Both the position numbers and the translations under genes were made by a program. A model generated the notes under the pieces. That model saw only the letters and a list, made by a program, of their open reading frames with translations. It did no database searches and was not told the DNA's origin. From contig JAGIQG010000008.1 of assembly GCA_024679065.1 (NCBI GenBank), positions 47,244,001 to 47,308,000 on the forward strand: a DNA stretch of 64,000 bases. Reading direction: 5' to 3'. This DNA comes from Sphyrna mokarran. Its lineage: Eukaryota. Shown piece after piece: positions 49,701 through 64,000 of the stretch; within the stretch, counting starts at the first letter, position 1, and every line of letters begins with the position of its first letter.

Positions 49701-49967
49701 GAAGAAGACAGCTGCTCACTCATAAGACTTCTTAACTGAATGCAAAGCAAAGATCTGAAGGAGAGAAATGGTCACAGATGAATTCCACTGTACTATCAAT
49801 TGTGACAAGATTTAAAATATTTCTGCCTTTTTCAAAATGAGATTGAACTTATTTCTAAAGCTATTGCATCAATCATATTTTCTAAACATTGCCCTTTGGA
49901 TCCCCTTATTAATAAGTGTGTCTTCTCGGGTAACATTAGTAGTGAGGGAGAGGGGAAGTAATGGAGA

Positions 49968-50305
49968 GAGTCACAGTAGTAATGTCACTGGACTAGTAAT
50001 GCAGAGGCCCAAGCTAATGTTCTGGGAGAAAGGGGTTCAATCCCACCACAGCAGATGGTGGGATTAACACAACTACTGATCTGGAACTAAAAAACTAGCA
50101 TCAATAATGGCGACCATGAAACCAATGTTGATTGTTGTAAAACCCATATGGTTCACTAATGTGTTTTGGGAAGGAAACCTTATCTGGCCTGTGACTCCAG
50201 ACTGACAACACAAAATGGCTGAGCAAACCATTCAGCTCAAGGGCAATTAGGGATTGGCAACAAATATTGCCTTGCCAGTGATATCCACACCCACGAAAGA
50301 AGAAG
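49968..50305 (+). mobile_element. Same tRNA-headed SINE family as 47022-47385
   Basis: cagtagtaatgtcactggactagtaat...ggttcaatcccaccacagcagatgg...caagggcaattagggattggcaacaaat. Confidence 0.8.
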
Positions 50306-53300
50306 TTTTAAGAAATAATTCCTCTTGCAGAATAATCTTCTGGGAGTATTACGGTTTACTCCTGTAGTGTAGACAATGAAAAATTGATTTCTCTCATCAA
50401 TAACGTATTCTTCATTCTACAATGAAGTACTGATACCATGCCCCCTCTCCATCTATTCAAAGATCCAGCTTTGAATTAAAATGCATTATTTAGCCATGGG
50501 ACAAATGAAACAAATACTAAGATTTGTTGACTAGAAAAACATCAAAATTACAAAGCAATAAAACAAGGACAAGTTTCAACTGTAAAATACGGACTTGAAG
50601 CGTTAACTATTTCTCTCTCCACAGACGCTGCCAGACGTAAGTTTTTTTTCAGCATTTGGCTTTAATTTCAGATTTCCAGAACTCTCAGTATTTTGCTTTT
50701 AAGTAAAAAATGTATATACTTCAAGCAAATCATTCTCACTAAGCAGATTACCAATCCAGATTTCTCTCCTTTGTTCAGAGAGAAATCACCCACCCCATTT
50801 TCAGTATATTATCTAAAGGAAACAATAAGTACAGCAAAGCTATTTCTAGAATGAAGATAACAAGACTAAATACTTGTTGTCCATCAAGGATAAAAGAATA
50901 GCATATCATAATACAATACATAATAATACAATTATTTTATTTACAGGTGTCTTCAGTCAGTCGATAAACTTATCTGACAAACAGCTAAGCTTTACATACT
51001 AGAGGACCTGAATTTTGTAGTCAGCATCAAAATGATGGCATTCACTATTTACCTCACTGATAGCTAGGCTTCAGAACAGAAACTCCCTCTAATTGGGTTG
51101 CTGAAACAATCAGATTGAGGAATCCCCACATACAGAGAAAGAGAGAGACAATCTAAAGCAGGAGATATAAAGAACAAGTAGCGTTAAATCATGTAGAGAG
51201 TGTGAAAAATACTAAGAAAATCAGATAAAATTAGGAAACAAAGATTGAGATAAACTTTTAAAAGTGTTAAAAATTACTGTTTTTAATCTCCAACACTAAT
51301 GAATGTGAAGAAATAAAGCTCCACTTTTGTAAAAACAAATTTTGCAGGGTCAGATGGGTTGTTTGCCAGCAACTATCATGCCATGAAAAATCCACTTACC
51401 CGGATATAGTATTTTCTTGATGTCTTTCACAAGAAAGTAGTGTGCAAGTAACCCAACTTTATGCTACTCAATGGATTTCATTATCAAGTTTATCCGAGAG
51501 CTACTGTTACGTGAAACCTATGGAGAAGGGAGAATCTCTGATGGTTGCTTTTAGATTTTCAGTTTTAATTGCACATGCAATGATGGCAGAAGTTGCTATT
51601 ACAGTCAGTAGGGTGGGGCCTCACAATTATTGCAGATCCATGATCTTATAAGCCTTGTAGTTGGGCACAAAGCAAATACATGAGCATCAGGATCAAATTC
51701 TAGGTCACTATTTTAACAATGGAATACAAGGTTTTTGCACTTATTTCATAAATAAGTGCAGAACCAATGAATAGAGTAAAAACCTTTGTTTTAATTTGAT
51801 TCAATACATTGTGATAAATTTGGTTCTCAAAAGATTATCACTAACTCTAGTCTTGATTTTTACAATGGCCCAATGAGTAATCCTTTAAAGGTACATCCTG
51901 AGGTGGCATTATCTGGTCCACAAGCAGTACATTATAATATTCCATTTGTTCTTGGAATACAGAAGAGCAAGTGTCAATTTTTATTGATATCAGTATTGTG
52001 GCTGCATAATCATTAAGGTACAGGGTTAGGACTAATCTAAAATCCCTTCTTGTTTACATAATTCACTGTACTGGTACTATGTACTAAAGAGGTCAGGCAA
52101 CGTAAGCAGTGGCATACTTAAGCCTAACATACAGATATCTTAGGATCAATGGTCTTGATTGCTCTTTTAAGCTGAATATTATATCTTTATGGAAACTGAC
52201 ATACAAAAGCAAAACCGAGGGATGTAACAACAGCATCCCCTAGTGATCTGGGCTGGATACTTATGCCTTTTATATGTATATCTCTTCAATCTGTCCAAAG
52301 GCAATCCAGGTAATCATTCAGGAGATTTGACTTTTTTTTATTGGGGAAAACAGAACAGATTCATTTATTTCCTTCAATACCATTTGCATTTGAATAATAT
52401 CAAAATAGTAAATGTGCTTTAATTGTGCTTGCCTGCTTTTCTACTTTTCTTTCTCCTGTGTTCCATCCTGCAGTTTCTCACTGCCTCTAGCTTTTGCAGG
52501 TCTCTGCTTAAAAGCTTGACTTCTGCAATTAGTTTTTCTTCCAAACTGAGTACCGACTAGCAAACCCCCTGCCTCCTGGGCAGAATCCGCTAGCCTAACT
52601 TAGCAATGACCCTTGTTGAATTCAAGTAAATAGATTTGACGCAACTGCATTTAATGTAAATGGTCAACTCTCAGACTGCAGCACAGTAGTTCAGAAGCCT
52701 CCTCTGAAACACACTACACCTGCCTGCCTTGCCAATTTAACTCAAGAGTTATATTTAGATCCATAGTAGCATGTTTAACATCAATCATGTCAAGATCCCC
52801 ACATGAAAGCCCAGTACGAAATCCCAAAATGCCAGTGCTACAAAGTAGCTTTGCCCATTTTATAGATGTGACAATATTAAACGTGACTTTTTTTTTACAT
52901 TCATCTAATTTTGATCTTAGCAGCAAGTGAAATCAATGTTACAATCACAAGCAACAAAACATGTAGCAACGAATCTTGGCTTTTCATTCACATTCAAATT
53001 TTACTACTATAAATGTGGTGGGTTTTATACTTTTGAGCATTTCTAGACACCCCAGCAACTGTAACCAGATTTGATCCATATGACACTATAAAACTCAAAT
53101 GGCATGTCAGCTAACTACTCTGACACTGTATAATGCAGAGGCATTTTTCCATAACTTAGAAAAACACAAAAGATCAAGATTCAATGTTAATTTACACTGC
53201 ATTAAAAAATTAAATTGAAAGTTCTGCCTATTCATATTGTTATAGTAATTCAAAAATGTATCAAAGCTCCCAGTCTATTTGCCTCCCAATCATCCATCTT

Positions 53301-54084
53301 CGCTTTCTCTTCACCCTCCAAAGCTGTCTCACTGACACTGTCAGTGGTAAGTGAAAAGATTCAATCTGTCCTCTTTCCTAGTATCCCAAGAAACAGAACA
53401 CACAAGGTAAAGCTATCCTAGTCTTCACCACATGCTCTATTAACTGCAATGGAATTATAGAATTAGTTATGTCACCTTGACTTCTCTTCTTACTGAAGAT
53501 CAAAGAGATGAAACACTAAATCCTTACCACCAGCATCCAACATTTTTGCCTGTGACAGTTGGAGCAGAGGCTTGGAAAACTGGATAAAGATGAAAGTAGA
53601 ATTTCCATTTGCAAGAAAATGACTATTTACTGAGACCATTTTGTAAATATCAGCTCCAAACTCTAAAGAATGCTGTCATCCAAAAAAAAAATGCTAAATT
53701 GGATAAGTATACGTGCATAATGTCATAAACAAAAGAGTTTGCAGTTGAAAAAAAAATGCAAAGCAAAACAGGTTTGCACCTTTACAATTTGTTTAATAGT
53801 GCACATTTTAGTTACGTACTAGGATCCAAGCTGGTATTTCCTGTTGATGGCAATGAAGGAATGATTGCCTTGCACCATACACACAGCATTAGTCCACCAA
53901 ACCCCATCCCACAATCCCATATGGATTATCACCCTTTAAGATTGCCTTGCCTCAAGACTACCTGGCCTTGTCTCTCCATGTCCACAAAGGTTAACATATA
54001 AAACAAACAAGTAAGGCCAAATATTAGTTAAAAACTACATGAAGATGAGCACATCAGGAGGGTTAATCAAGAATTAAATATTCA

Positions 54085-54790
54085 AGATCATCATTTTTTC
54101 CATTGGAATTTAGAAGAATGAGAGGTGATCACAGAATCCCTACAGTACAGAAGGTGGCAATTCAGCCCATCGAGTCTACACCAACAACAATCTCATCCAG
54201 GCCTATCCCCGTAATCCCACATATTTACCCTGTTAATCCCCTGACACTAATGGGCAATTTAGCATGGCCAATCAACTTAATCCAAATATCTTTGGAGTGT
54301 GGGAGGAAACAGAAGTGCCATTACCCAGAGAAAATGCACACAGATACGGGGAGAACGTGCAAACTCCAAACAGTCACCCAAAGTCAGAATTGAACAGGGG
54401 TGCCTGGCGCTATCAGGTAGCAGGTGCCATAATGCTGCCTGTGAAACACAGAAGATTCAAAGGGAGCCTAACAGGCAGATGTTGAGGGAATGTTTCCCCT
54501 CTGAAGGAATCGAAAACTAAGCGCCATATTTTCTATATACAGGATCTTCCATTTAAATGGAGGTGAGGAGGAATTTCTATTCTCAAGAGCGTAGTTAGTG
54601 TTTGAAATTCTCTCCCCCAGGGAACAGTGAAGGTTGGGTCATTGAATATTTTCAAAGCTAGGTTAGACAGACTTTTGATGGCCAGCAGGAAATGAGAGTC
54701 CAGATCACAGTCAGACCTTAGTGAATAGTGGAGTAAGATCAAGCAACCGTATGACCTACCCTAGCTCCTCTTTCTACATCCTTATGACTG
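54085..54790 (+). mobile_element. CR1 3' end interrupted by an HE1 SINE
   Basis: FPLEFRRMRGD|...; aggaatttctattctcaagagcgtagttagtgtttgaaattctctcccccag. Confidence 0.75.
54130..54439 (-). mobile_element. HE1-type V-SINE inserted into a CR1 3' end
   Basis: Reverse-complement HE1 (agaatccctacagtacagaaggtggcaattcagccc...); CR1 sequence on both sides. Confidence 0.85.
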
Positions 54791-55240
54791 TAAAGTCAAA
54801 CAGTCAAATTCTGTCAATGACAACATTCTTCAAAAGGAGGCAATTTATAAAATTTCATTTCAGTCCAGTGGAACATTTCAAGTAATTGAGATAACTAAAC
54901 CCTTTTGCACAGAGTGCTCATTTCACAACGAGAAGGTTTAAAAGCTTGTAGTTTGCAGGATTAATAAGCAACCGTAAGAAGCAAACAGTATTATAGCTTT
55001 ACGATTCTGATGCAAGAGGGTACAATGAAGTTCAATTTCAACACAAAGTTTGCAGTGAAGAGAAGCAGTCTGTAGCAAAATATATTTGTAGTTTTGGGGA
55101 AAAAAAAGTGTTCAATGATTGGCTAACAGCATTTAAACAAAGCAAATGAATAAGTAGACTACAAATATATCAATCTAACTACAAAAAAATTATATTAAAG
55201 CACATTGCCTATCAACTTTGTCCACTATAATTCCTAATTA

Positions 55241-55582
55241 TAGTGACACAGTGATTAACAGCACCCAGGTTTTTTTTTCCCCCAGCCTTGGGTCACTGTG
55301 TGGTTTGCACACTCCTCCCCACCCCCCACCGTTTCTGCATGGATTTCCTCCAGATGCTCCAGTTTCTTCCCAGTCCAAAGATACGCAGATTAGCTGGATT
55401 AACCATGGCGAATTGTCCCTTAGTTTCCAAAGATACATAGGTTTGGTGGATTAGCCATATAAACACGTAGAGATATGGGGATTGGGCAGGGAAATGGACC
55501 TGGGTAAGATGCTCTGTTGGAGATCAGTACAGACTTGATGGGGCAAACGGGTTTCCTTCAGAACCTTTGGGATTTTATGATT
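55241..55582 (+). mobile_element. HE1-type V-SINE, diverged
   Basis: gtgacacagtgattaacagc...gggtcactgtgtggtttgcacactcc...cagtccaaagat...ggattttatga. Confidence 0.78.
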
Positions 55583-58500
55583 TGTATCTTCACACTGCAA
55601 TTACACCCCCACTTCACTAAAGGCACTGCTGATCCACCACAGACAGGAGGGTATAATTATTACATGACATGTTTACATAGGTAATTTGCAGCATGAACAT
55701 AGATATTTGGATTTATAAAATTAGATTTCAAAATGGTATGCCTCTGTGCCTTGATCCAATTATCCACTCTCTAAACTTGTTGCACCACAAGACCACCTGG
55801 GCTTTATTTCTCAAACACAATACCACGGAAGATTGATTCTTATGTAGAGAAAACAGGTGAGCGAGTATCTGGAATATATATAACATGGAAATGGTAGCAA
55901 TGGAAACAAATAAGGGAAGGATTGAGCAAAATGTTTAGAATTTATGATGTGAGGGTCAGAAAGAGAGAAGTTTGAGTGATAAGTTTTATAAATGTTAAGC
56001 AAGAGAGCAAATAGGTGAGGCACAAGACTCATTCTTGAAACACAGGAATCAGAAGCTGGAAAAATATAATTGGATAGCAATTCAAACAACTAAAGTGGTC
56101 TAGCTGAGCGAGGAAGGCAAATAAAAAAAAAACTTGGATTTTTGAAACTATAAGAAAAATAGAAATGATTAGTATGGTGGCAGTGTTAACAAAATTCAGC
56201 ACCAATGCAATAAAAAGCAATAATGAAAGACTGGGTAAAGCTAACCAAATTAAAAAGATGCAAAATTCGCAAGAAAACATCATATTGACTTCCTTATCTT
56301 GAAGACTTAGCCAAAAATGTGCACATAACGTAAATCAGGAGAATGCACACGGAAGGTGATGGGTAACGCTCCATTTAATTTTTAGCAGCATACCAGAAAC
56401 TGAGAGATGGTGGCAAAGGTGAATGTGAGAACAGTGATCAATAACTGAATCTATCAGACTAGAGGGAAAAGGAAGAAGATCAGATGTTAACCACAGCTAA
56501 CTTCAGATGGAAGTAGAAAACACTGAACTAGAATAGAGAGAGAGAAATTTTTCTTTGGCAAATCCACAGACTATCAGCGGAACTGACTTAAAATTTAGGG
56601 CAAATCGACAAATAAAGATACTCATAAGGTGATGTGATCATTGTCTGTGGAAGTAGTCAGGATGTATGAAAGACCAGATGTGATGTCTTATATACATTCA
56701 CAGTCCCTAACATCCAGGGCTATTTTGAGAACATGCCGGAACAATAAGTAGAAAATCATTTTCCTTATTTACTGGGTCAATACCCTGTCTCCACAGAATC
56801 TTTCACACAGCTTCAAAAAGCAATAGCGTCAAATGCCTGGATATTGAACTATGTCATCTCCACAAAAGAAAGGTGCACAATAGCTTTGTTAAACAATGTA
56901 TAGTTAATCTTTGTACATTGTCCCTTCCTTTTCAACTTTCCCATGGACACTAACAGATGTGGCATCACTTTGAATATTTCAAATCAACTCAACAATTTAA
57001 ATTATCAATGCTCAAAACACTCTGCAGTTCAAAACTCAAGTGACTACCAGGTAAAATAAATAAATGCCAATGGTACATTTAACTAAACAAACACACAAAT
57101 AGCCTGAATTTTCCCTGAAGGAGCAGATTTTGCCATTCACCTCATTGACCATCGTCCAGTCAGTCCATGGCTTCTCAGTAGAGATTGTCTCTAACCCAAT
57201 GCTTTCCAAATTGCATTCTCATGTGACCCCATTTTAACCCTAAATCATTAATGTGGGCTCATATACAAGCAAAACCAAAACAGCAATGAAGCAGCACAGC
57301 AACAGTTACTATATAATGATATTTTGTATTCAGTATATTATAGTTCAATATATAATATGAAAATCTGTTTTTAAGGCACCTAATAAAAATGGTACTTTGA
57401 ATATAGTCATGTAGGTTTCAAACTCTCCATTGTCTCTGGGTGATAGAACACTCAGTAAAGCATCTGCCCAGCTCCACATACACATTGTAGTCACCTTCTC
57501 TCTCCATCTCATATATTTTTCCAAATTCTCCTCTCCAGCCACTTTACTCAGCAGCCTTTCTTCCCAACCTCTTTCACTTCACTGTCTCAGCAGCCATTTC
57601 AAACATCCTCCCCTCTCACTCAGCAGTCCCTCTTCCCAATGCCTTCCCCCATCACACGCACAAACTCTCTCTTCCCAAAACACAAGCAAACTTAACCCCC
57701 TCCCCCTTCCCTATCTGATGCAGAAGGGCTTGTGAAGCAAAGTGGCTCGACCAGGGTAAAGGCCCTGTATAAGAGGCAGACAGGAACCGGACACAGCAAT
57801 GTCTAAAGCCACCACTCACCTTTCCAGCTCAGCCAAATGATTTTCTGGTGTTCCTCACATTCTGACACAGTCAGTCTCTGCTCACAAAGTTACTTAATTT
57901 ATGTCACACAATTGTGCCTGTGCACATTAAAATGACATTTCTTATAATTCCATGCAAGTTACTATTGAGTTGTGGGGAACTGGAAAAAGATTGTGCCAGA
58001 AATGGGAAAGCTAGTTGAAAACAGATGGAATTAGGAATCAGTCACAGATTTGATAGGCAGCAGGAAATGGGCATTGAGATTTTCACCATCTATGAATAAT
58101 GTAAATTCTGGAAGGAAGGGGAACAAACTCATACAATGGAAACCATTTTGAATTGTGAGAACATCTTGAAGGCGAAAAAGTGTATTCAACGAGTGGATAC
58201 AGCAATAACTGATAAAATTGCAGTTAAATACTTTGATCAAAATGTGGTCATTGGCTTATCTAGACTGCCGCTCCTAAACTTATCAGCTGTATAACAATGT
58301 TTTGTGAACTAACAGCTCTGCTTTCCTTCCCTTTTAGAAATGTATCTGTAACTAAATGAAAGGTGGTATATTTTAGATGCCAAAGAAAGCAGGTGAGACC
58401 AAATCTAAATGGCAAAGCACTGGGGAGATAGATGAACTGAGGGAATTAAGAATCTTGAAAACTATTCATTAAAATCTAGTTCACAGGTGCAATGATTATA

Positions 58501-60786
58501 AAGGCTGGTGGGATGTTCAATAAGACATACAGAATATCAAACCAAGGCTACACTGCTGCAACAGAATTCAGAAACAAGACCACATTTGAAATGCTTTGTA
58601 CAGATTTGAGTACTATCCCTCAGAATGGATAGTCTGACCTTGGGAAAAAAACACTTTCAAATCCACTAGGAAAATAAAGGGACATATTTGAGTTGAGGGT
58701 TGGTTTCATTTAAAATACAAAAGGTAATTGACATTGATTCTTAGAAGAGGAAAGAGTTAATTGGGTTGAAAGAAAATCAGGAACAACTTCACACAAATGA
58801 CTGTAAGCTCAGCCAATTTCTACAGAAGACAGCAGACACAAAAGCGACTGAGATGATTGATGAAATTATGGATAGCTATTTGGTTAAGTAATGTGGATAA
58901 AAGCAATTGTGGAATTATATTTAAAAGAACAGCTGTTATTCTTAACTCAGTCAAAACTAAAAATTTTATCACCTGGGCCAAACCAAGAACCAACACATTT
59001 GGAAATATGACTTCAACGCAATGTAGAAAACTGTGATTCAGAACAGAACTGCCATAGCTAAGTGGTTTAAGAGGATTAATGGGCCAACTTCTCTGACACA
59101 CCTCCAAGGCTCAAGGAGGGAAAAATCACAGCAGGAATTTTTCTTGTACCCTATCTTGCATAATATCAACAATTTAATATTAGTAGTTTCAACCTGAGCA
59201 ATCTGGTCTGGTAACAGGGCTTTTTCCAACAATTCAAGAGATCAGGAACACCTGATGACAGTCCAGGTCACTTCTGCTATAATCCAGCAATAAAATGAAA
59301 AACTGTCAACCTTGAGTCAGACTAATTGCACTGACTATAATCATATGGCCATATCTGATTTCAGATAGATATGCTCATGCAAGCTCATTTCTACAATCAT
59401 ATATCACTGGAGGGCACTACTCCAGTTATAATATGCTTTGACACTTTTTACATTCTGACTAGATCAATCCAGGAGGGTAGGAATAGGTTTCATTTACCAA
59501 TGGAGCTTTTTTTTTAAAAAAGACGACCAAGACATTGGACACAGCCAACATTTTGTGCTGAATGGTACATGAGATAACTCAGTGAAAAAATCTCATACCC
59601 CAATTGATCCCACTTAGATATAACCTACTCCTTGTTGATTATAGATGTATTGTCCATATTAAACACCAGCCTGATGCTAATCCTCAGTAATATATGCCAT
59701 GCATTAAATAACAGCACTAGAAGTTGGAATCCCTCTGCTAAAGTTAATTACATTTCAGTTAAAGCCAACAAAATTTCAGTTACATTCATATCTTCCTTTG
59801 CTGCTTTTAATGTTGAATACAACATCTTGAAAAAATTCCAGATTTGATTCCTAATCCAGACTAAGTTGACTGATGCCACCCTCAGCTACAGTGCAGGTAC
59901 TACAGTTAGCATCAATGTTCGGGAGGTGAGATGAACTAACAAAAACCAGAATCCTGATACCAATGACTACTGCTATAAAGTGACATTATTGAATTCAGGT
60001 TCCCCAAAACCAGACAGCAAATCAAAACTTCCTCTTCAAACTTGTGCAAGAAGTATTGTCACCTGAGCAAGTTTACTGTATGACTGCCAGTACAGTAAAA
60101 AAAAAGTTTCATATCAAAATATGGTAATCAATCTCAAAAGTTGAACTCAAGAGCATATTAGAGAAAAAGTACTTATTCAACAGATGCGCACCTTGTATGA
60201 TAACTGATTTGAGATGAGACCCCTGCCTTCAGCCCAGCAGGAACATGAGTGTCAAGAATCACAGCACATACTAATAAGTTATTAGTATACAAATAGCCCA
60301 TAGTGCTTGTTTCTTTTGTTGTTATGTGTTTCTAATGCGTTTAATACTGTTTCACAAATAAAAATTTCCACAAATTCAAAAACAGATAAGACAATATTGG
60401 TCAATGTATACTTAATTTGTTCTTTATCCCCACCCAAGCATTATAATCAGATGGATTAATACAATTTTATATTTGGATGAAAAATAGTTTAAGCTTTGAC
60501 AATTATCAAAATATAAAATTATATTAATCCCCAGAACTGAAGAGCATCAAAATAATAAAAGCTTGTTTCCATCTCCTAATTGCTGTAAATTTATGAAATT
60601 TTAGGACCAGCAGGCCTTGAAGGCATGTTAAAATTCAGAAATACTGCACTAAATTAATACACTGCAATTCAAATTCACTTGTAAAGTATTAAGTATATGC
60701 AGATATATTGTATTAATATAATGATTCACTTCAGTTTGCTGTTATAGATTTTTTTTGTTAGTTGTCAATTAATTACAGTACATAAT

Positions 60787-61271
60787 GGCCTGAATTTTAC
60801 ACTTCTTCATGGGTGGAGAGGGACGGGGAGAGAAGAGAGAGAAAGATGTTATATGATTCCCACTCACCCCAACAACATAGCAACTTTACATTGAGATGGC
60901 TAAGGCCTCACATTGGAAGCCCATCCTTGCCCCACTTGAAACCCTCAAATGTCCAATTAAGAACCATTTTCCATCTAGCCTCAATTTTTAGGCTTGTGGG
61001 ACCGTTGAACCTCTGGAGGGGAAGACCAATTTCGATACTGAATGGATGGATGATGGGTGGAGGGAGCATCTCCATTTCTCAGTAAGAAAAGCCCCTTTCT
61101 TACTCAGGGCATCCAGCAGCTCTCCTGAGTGAAGGACAAAAGTCACGCCTTAAACCAATCAACACTCATTGGAGCATAAATTGATTGGGGAGCAGATGGT
61201 GTGCAGGAATGTGCCCCTCGCCGACTGTTCAACAGTAAAAAGCAAGTCACTGCCATCTGAAAAGTTCCAGC
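60787..61271. mobile_element. Non-autonomous DNA transposon-like element (GGCCTGAATTTTAC terminus)
   Basis: Left ggcctgaattttac; degenerate inverted right end gaaaagttccagc; GC-richer interior. Confidence 0.45.
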
Positions 61272-61814
61272 TTTTGTTACTGCCTTAAATTTAAAGCATA
61301 ATCATAACAAATATCTGCATTTACCTTTCTAAATCCAAAGTATTAAGGATGTAAAAGAAACATAATATAAAAGTATGTCATTCATTCGCCTTCTTGCTAG
61401 CCTCCCCCATGGCATGATATCAGACGACTGTAAATGTAAAACTAATTGCATATCTGTAGCCAGGAATGAAAATGACATAACATGTAATTACACAATTGTA
61501 AACAATTAATCTCTTTACGGTTTCAGGTCTCTTTTCTCAATCTAAATATTATGCAAATAAAATGCAAATCCCTCTGAATTTCTGCAGTCACTTCATCCTG
61601 ATCTGTTGTAAACACTTTTCAGTGCAGTGCCATTTCCACAATTACAAAATAACACAAAAGATTGTCATCAACATCTTTATAGTAATGATGTGCATTCTAG
61701 CTCAGCTTTTAATTTTGCAACAGATATACTGCCAATAAGATTTTGCAGCATTTAAAAAGCAAACATGGTTCAATTTCCTCCTTTCACCCCCCGGCTTCCC
61801 CAATGTCGCTCCCC

Positions 61815-61819
<5 letters not shown>

Positions 61820-61885
<66 letters not shown>
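61820..61885. repeat. (CT)14 microsatellite followed by a 38-nt poly-C run
   Basis: Read directly: CT repeat 61820-61847, C run 61848-61885. Confidence 0.97.
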
Positions 61886-61886
<1 letters not shown>

Positions 61887-62215
61887 CCTCCTTGTACTAT
61901 TTTCTCTACACAGATGAAGGACTGCGAGCTTGGTTCCAAGAATACCTCTAATTCAAGTGATAAACTCGCTGATATTTATTTCTCCCTTCATATACATATG
62001 AAGTCAGTAGCTAGGACCCACTAATACAACAATTAACCAAACCATTAACACCCCACTGTTTTAAGAGCAGTTGCTTTTAATGCAAAACTGTCATTGTCTG
62101 GTTTGTATTGGACTCGTTTTATTAATTTAATAGTTTCTTCATAAGATTTCTGTTTCATTTCGTCCAGAATGCAAAATTATTTTATGCAAAAGTAGAAATT
62201 AATACACCCAAATTA

Positions 62216-62350
62216 GCTCAGTTAGGTAAAGCCTGCACTGCACAAGTTAACAGCTGTGCGTTCAAGCCCTGCTCCAGGACTTGAACAGATATGTTTACAT
62301 TCCAGTGCAGTATTGAAGAATAACTTTCTGGATGAGATGTTAAACTGAGT
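62216..62350 (+). mobile_element. DeuSINE-like 5' fragment
   Basis: agctcagttaggta...gttcaagccctgctccaggacttgaac...cattccagtgcagtattga...gatgagatgttaaactgag. Confidence 0.6.
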
Positions 62351-62579
62351 CATTAATAAGACCGTAGGCCCTTTAAGCCTGCTCCACCATTCAATAGGAT
62401 CATGGCTAATAATTCCAGTTAAAAATATTGTGCCATTATCTGAAAGGAAATGTCGCCTCAACATAATCATCTTTTGCATTACTTAAGGACGCAAATCATT
62501 CTTGCAAAATGGCTGCAAAATCTGACTAAGTAATAACCTTCATCATAGCACTTCAAAGCAAAGCACCACGTGAAGTAAA

Positions 62580-62875
62580 AGAATCATAAAATCCTGAAGT
62601 GCAGAAGGAGGCCATTCAGCCCATCAAGTCTGCACTAACCACAATCCCACCCAAGCCCCACCTCCACAACCCCTTGCATTTACCCTAGGTAGTCCTCCTG
62701 ACACTAAGGGGCTATTTAGCATGGCCAAGCAACCTAACCTGCACATCTTTGGACTGTAGCAGGAAACCCAGAGGAAACCCATGCAGACATGGGGAGAATG
62801 TGCAAATTCCACACATACACTGACCCAAGTTGGGAATGGCAGTGTGAGGCAGCAGTGCTTACCACCATGCCGCCT
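62580..62875 (-). mobile_element. HE1-type V-SINE
   Basis: Reverse complement of ggcggcatggtggtaagcactgctgcctcacac...tgggctgaatggcctccttctgcac. Confidence 0.9.
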
Positions 62876-64000
62876 CAAAGTTACTGTTCACAATTAACTG
62901 CTAAATCAGAAGCTTCCTGAGAAATTATATTTCACCATGTGACTCATCATTTAGTCATATTTTTTGGCTGTCAAGGTTGATGTACCTATCTCAGATACCG
63001 ACAAATGGTTAAAGCTTATCTATTCCAATTACTCTGAATCCTCCTCAGACCTAATTATTGACAACCTGCCACCAAAAAATATTTTTTTTTTTTACAAGTT
63101 AAAAATTCATGAACATGTTAAGTCAATCCTCCACAGTAGATGTACATGAGCAGTGAATGTGGTCACGCATTCATCTACTTGTTGTCTTTGTATTACTATA
63201 TTCCTTGACTCAGTTTCTGCCTTTCTTTCTATTCCCTATTAATTCCTACCCTTTAACTTTTTATTTCTTTGTCCAGATTTGGTTTTAATTTTATCTTTCC
63301 TTTTTTTGAGGGGCTAAGTGGAAAAAGGAGCCATGGCTGAATTTTGAATGGGAATTGTGGATGAAATGCAGACTTCAGTGGTTTTTTTGTTCTATCCCCT
63401 CCCTCAATCACTAACCGCTTCCCTCCTGGATCAACTCCCCTTCTTACACCAAAAGTAAGGAACAAGAAACTAGAGGTCCCCTAACCCTCAGACATTCTCC
63501 TTCATTTCTCCTCTGATGACACCCTTTTGTCTGTTTTCCAACTTAACACTTCTTCAAAATGAAAACGAGAATGAGGAAAGAGACCATCTGCCTTTCTCCC
63601 TTCTGATGTCCTTGTAATAATGTCACTCCCTCTTTCACAAGTATTTGAAATCAAAACTTACTTAGCATGCTTAAAGCTACTGACAATGACTATTTCTAAC
63701 TATTGCCAAAAAGAAGCAGAGATTATTTGTTTCAGCTTCTTCAAAATCACTTTTTCTTAGTAAATATTAAACAAAAATACAAACACTATTTTTGTCATTC
63801 CCCTTTTCTACACAACATCTTTCTCTTCATGCCCCTAAAGCACGTATACAATCTTATGCATAGCTGTAAGCAATTATTAGCATTGTTTCTTAGCCATCAA
63901 CAAAACATAAAAAAGGTAATTAAAGCTTCAAATTTCATGTTTTGATTCAGTGAAATGAATTTTAATATTGAGACCAACTCTTCTCTCCTTCAGCTTATTA

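Noticed and set aside
51736-51760. Short perfect hairpins (also 60268-60288 and 50759-50787)
   Set aside because: 10-11 bp AT-rich stems, too short for pre-miRNA and plausible by chance
61743-62024. Poly-proline ORF
   Set aside because: Translation of the (CT)n/poly-C repeat

Overview
AT-rich (~37-40% GC by eye), repeat-dense vertebrate DNA. The repeat content (HE1-type V-SINEs, DeuSINE/SacSINE-like copies, CR1/HER1, L2, Rex1/Babar and Penelope fragments) points to an elasmobranch, probably a carcharhiniform shark. The only real gene is the 5' half of ZNF800 on the minus strand. Its coding exons are at 19023-18985 (inside exon 19063-18985), 13202-13088, 10487-10392 and 9042-8899. The large zinc-finger exon must lie to the left of the window. 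No promoter or CpG island is evident, so exon 1 probably lies to the right and most of the window is ZNF800 intron. Points of most interest: (1) the start codon used by mammalian ZNF800 reads ACA here, and an extra upstream exon supplies the ATG and a ~31-aa N-terminal extension; (2) a 9-nt SRRM3/4-type microexon at 12943-12935; (3) an out-of-frame 70-codon ORF across three ZNF800 exons, plus candidate 5' exons that could switch the reading frame; (4) a rearranged U2 snRNA-derived element in an intron; (5) one CR1 LINE copy containing an inverted (~415 bp) and a direct (~315 bp) duplicate of its own flanks, all tied to a recurring 24-nt motif. Tigger/pogo and Gypsy fossils are also present. 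Repeat boundaries are approximate, and family names come from recalled consensus sequences rather than database searches. Nearly all ORFs in the supplied track are noise or TE debris.
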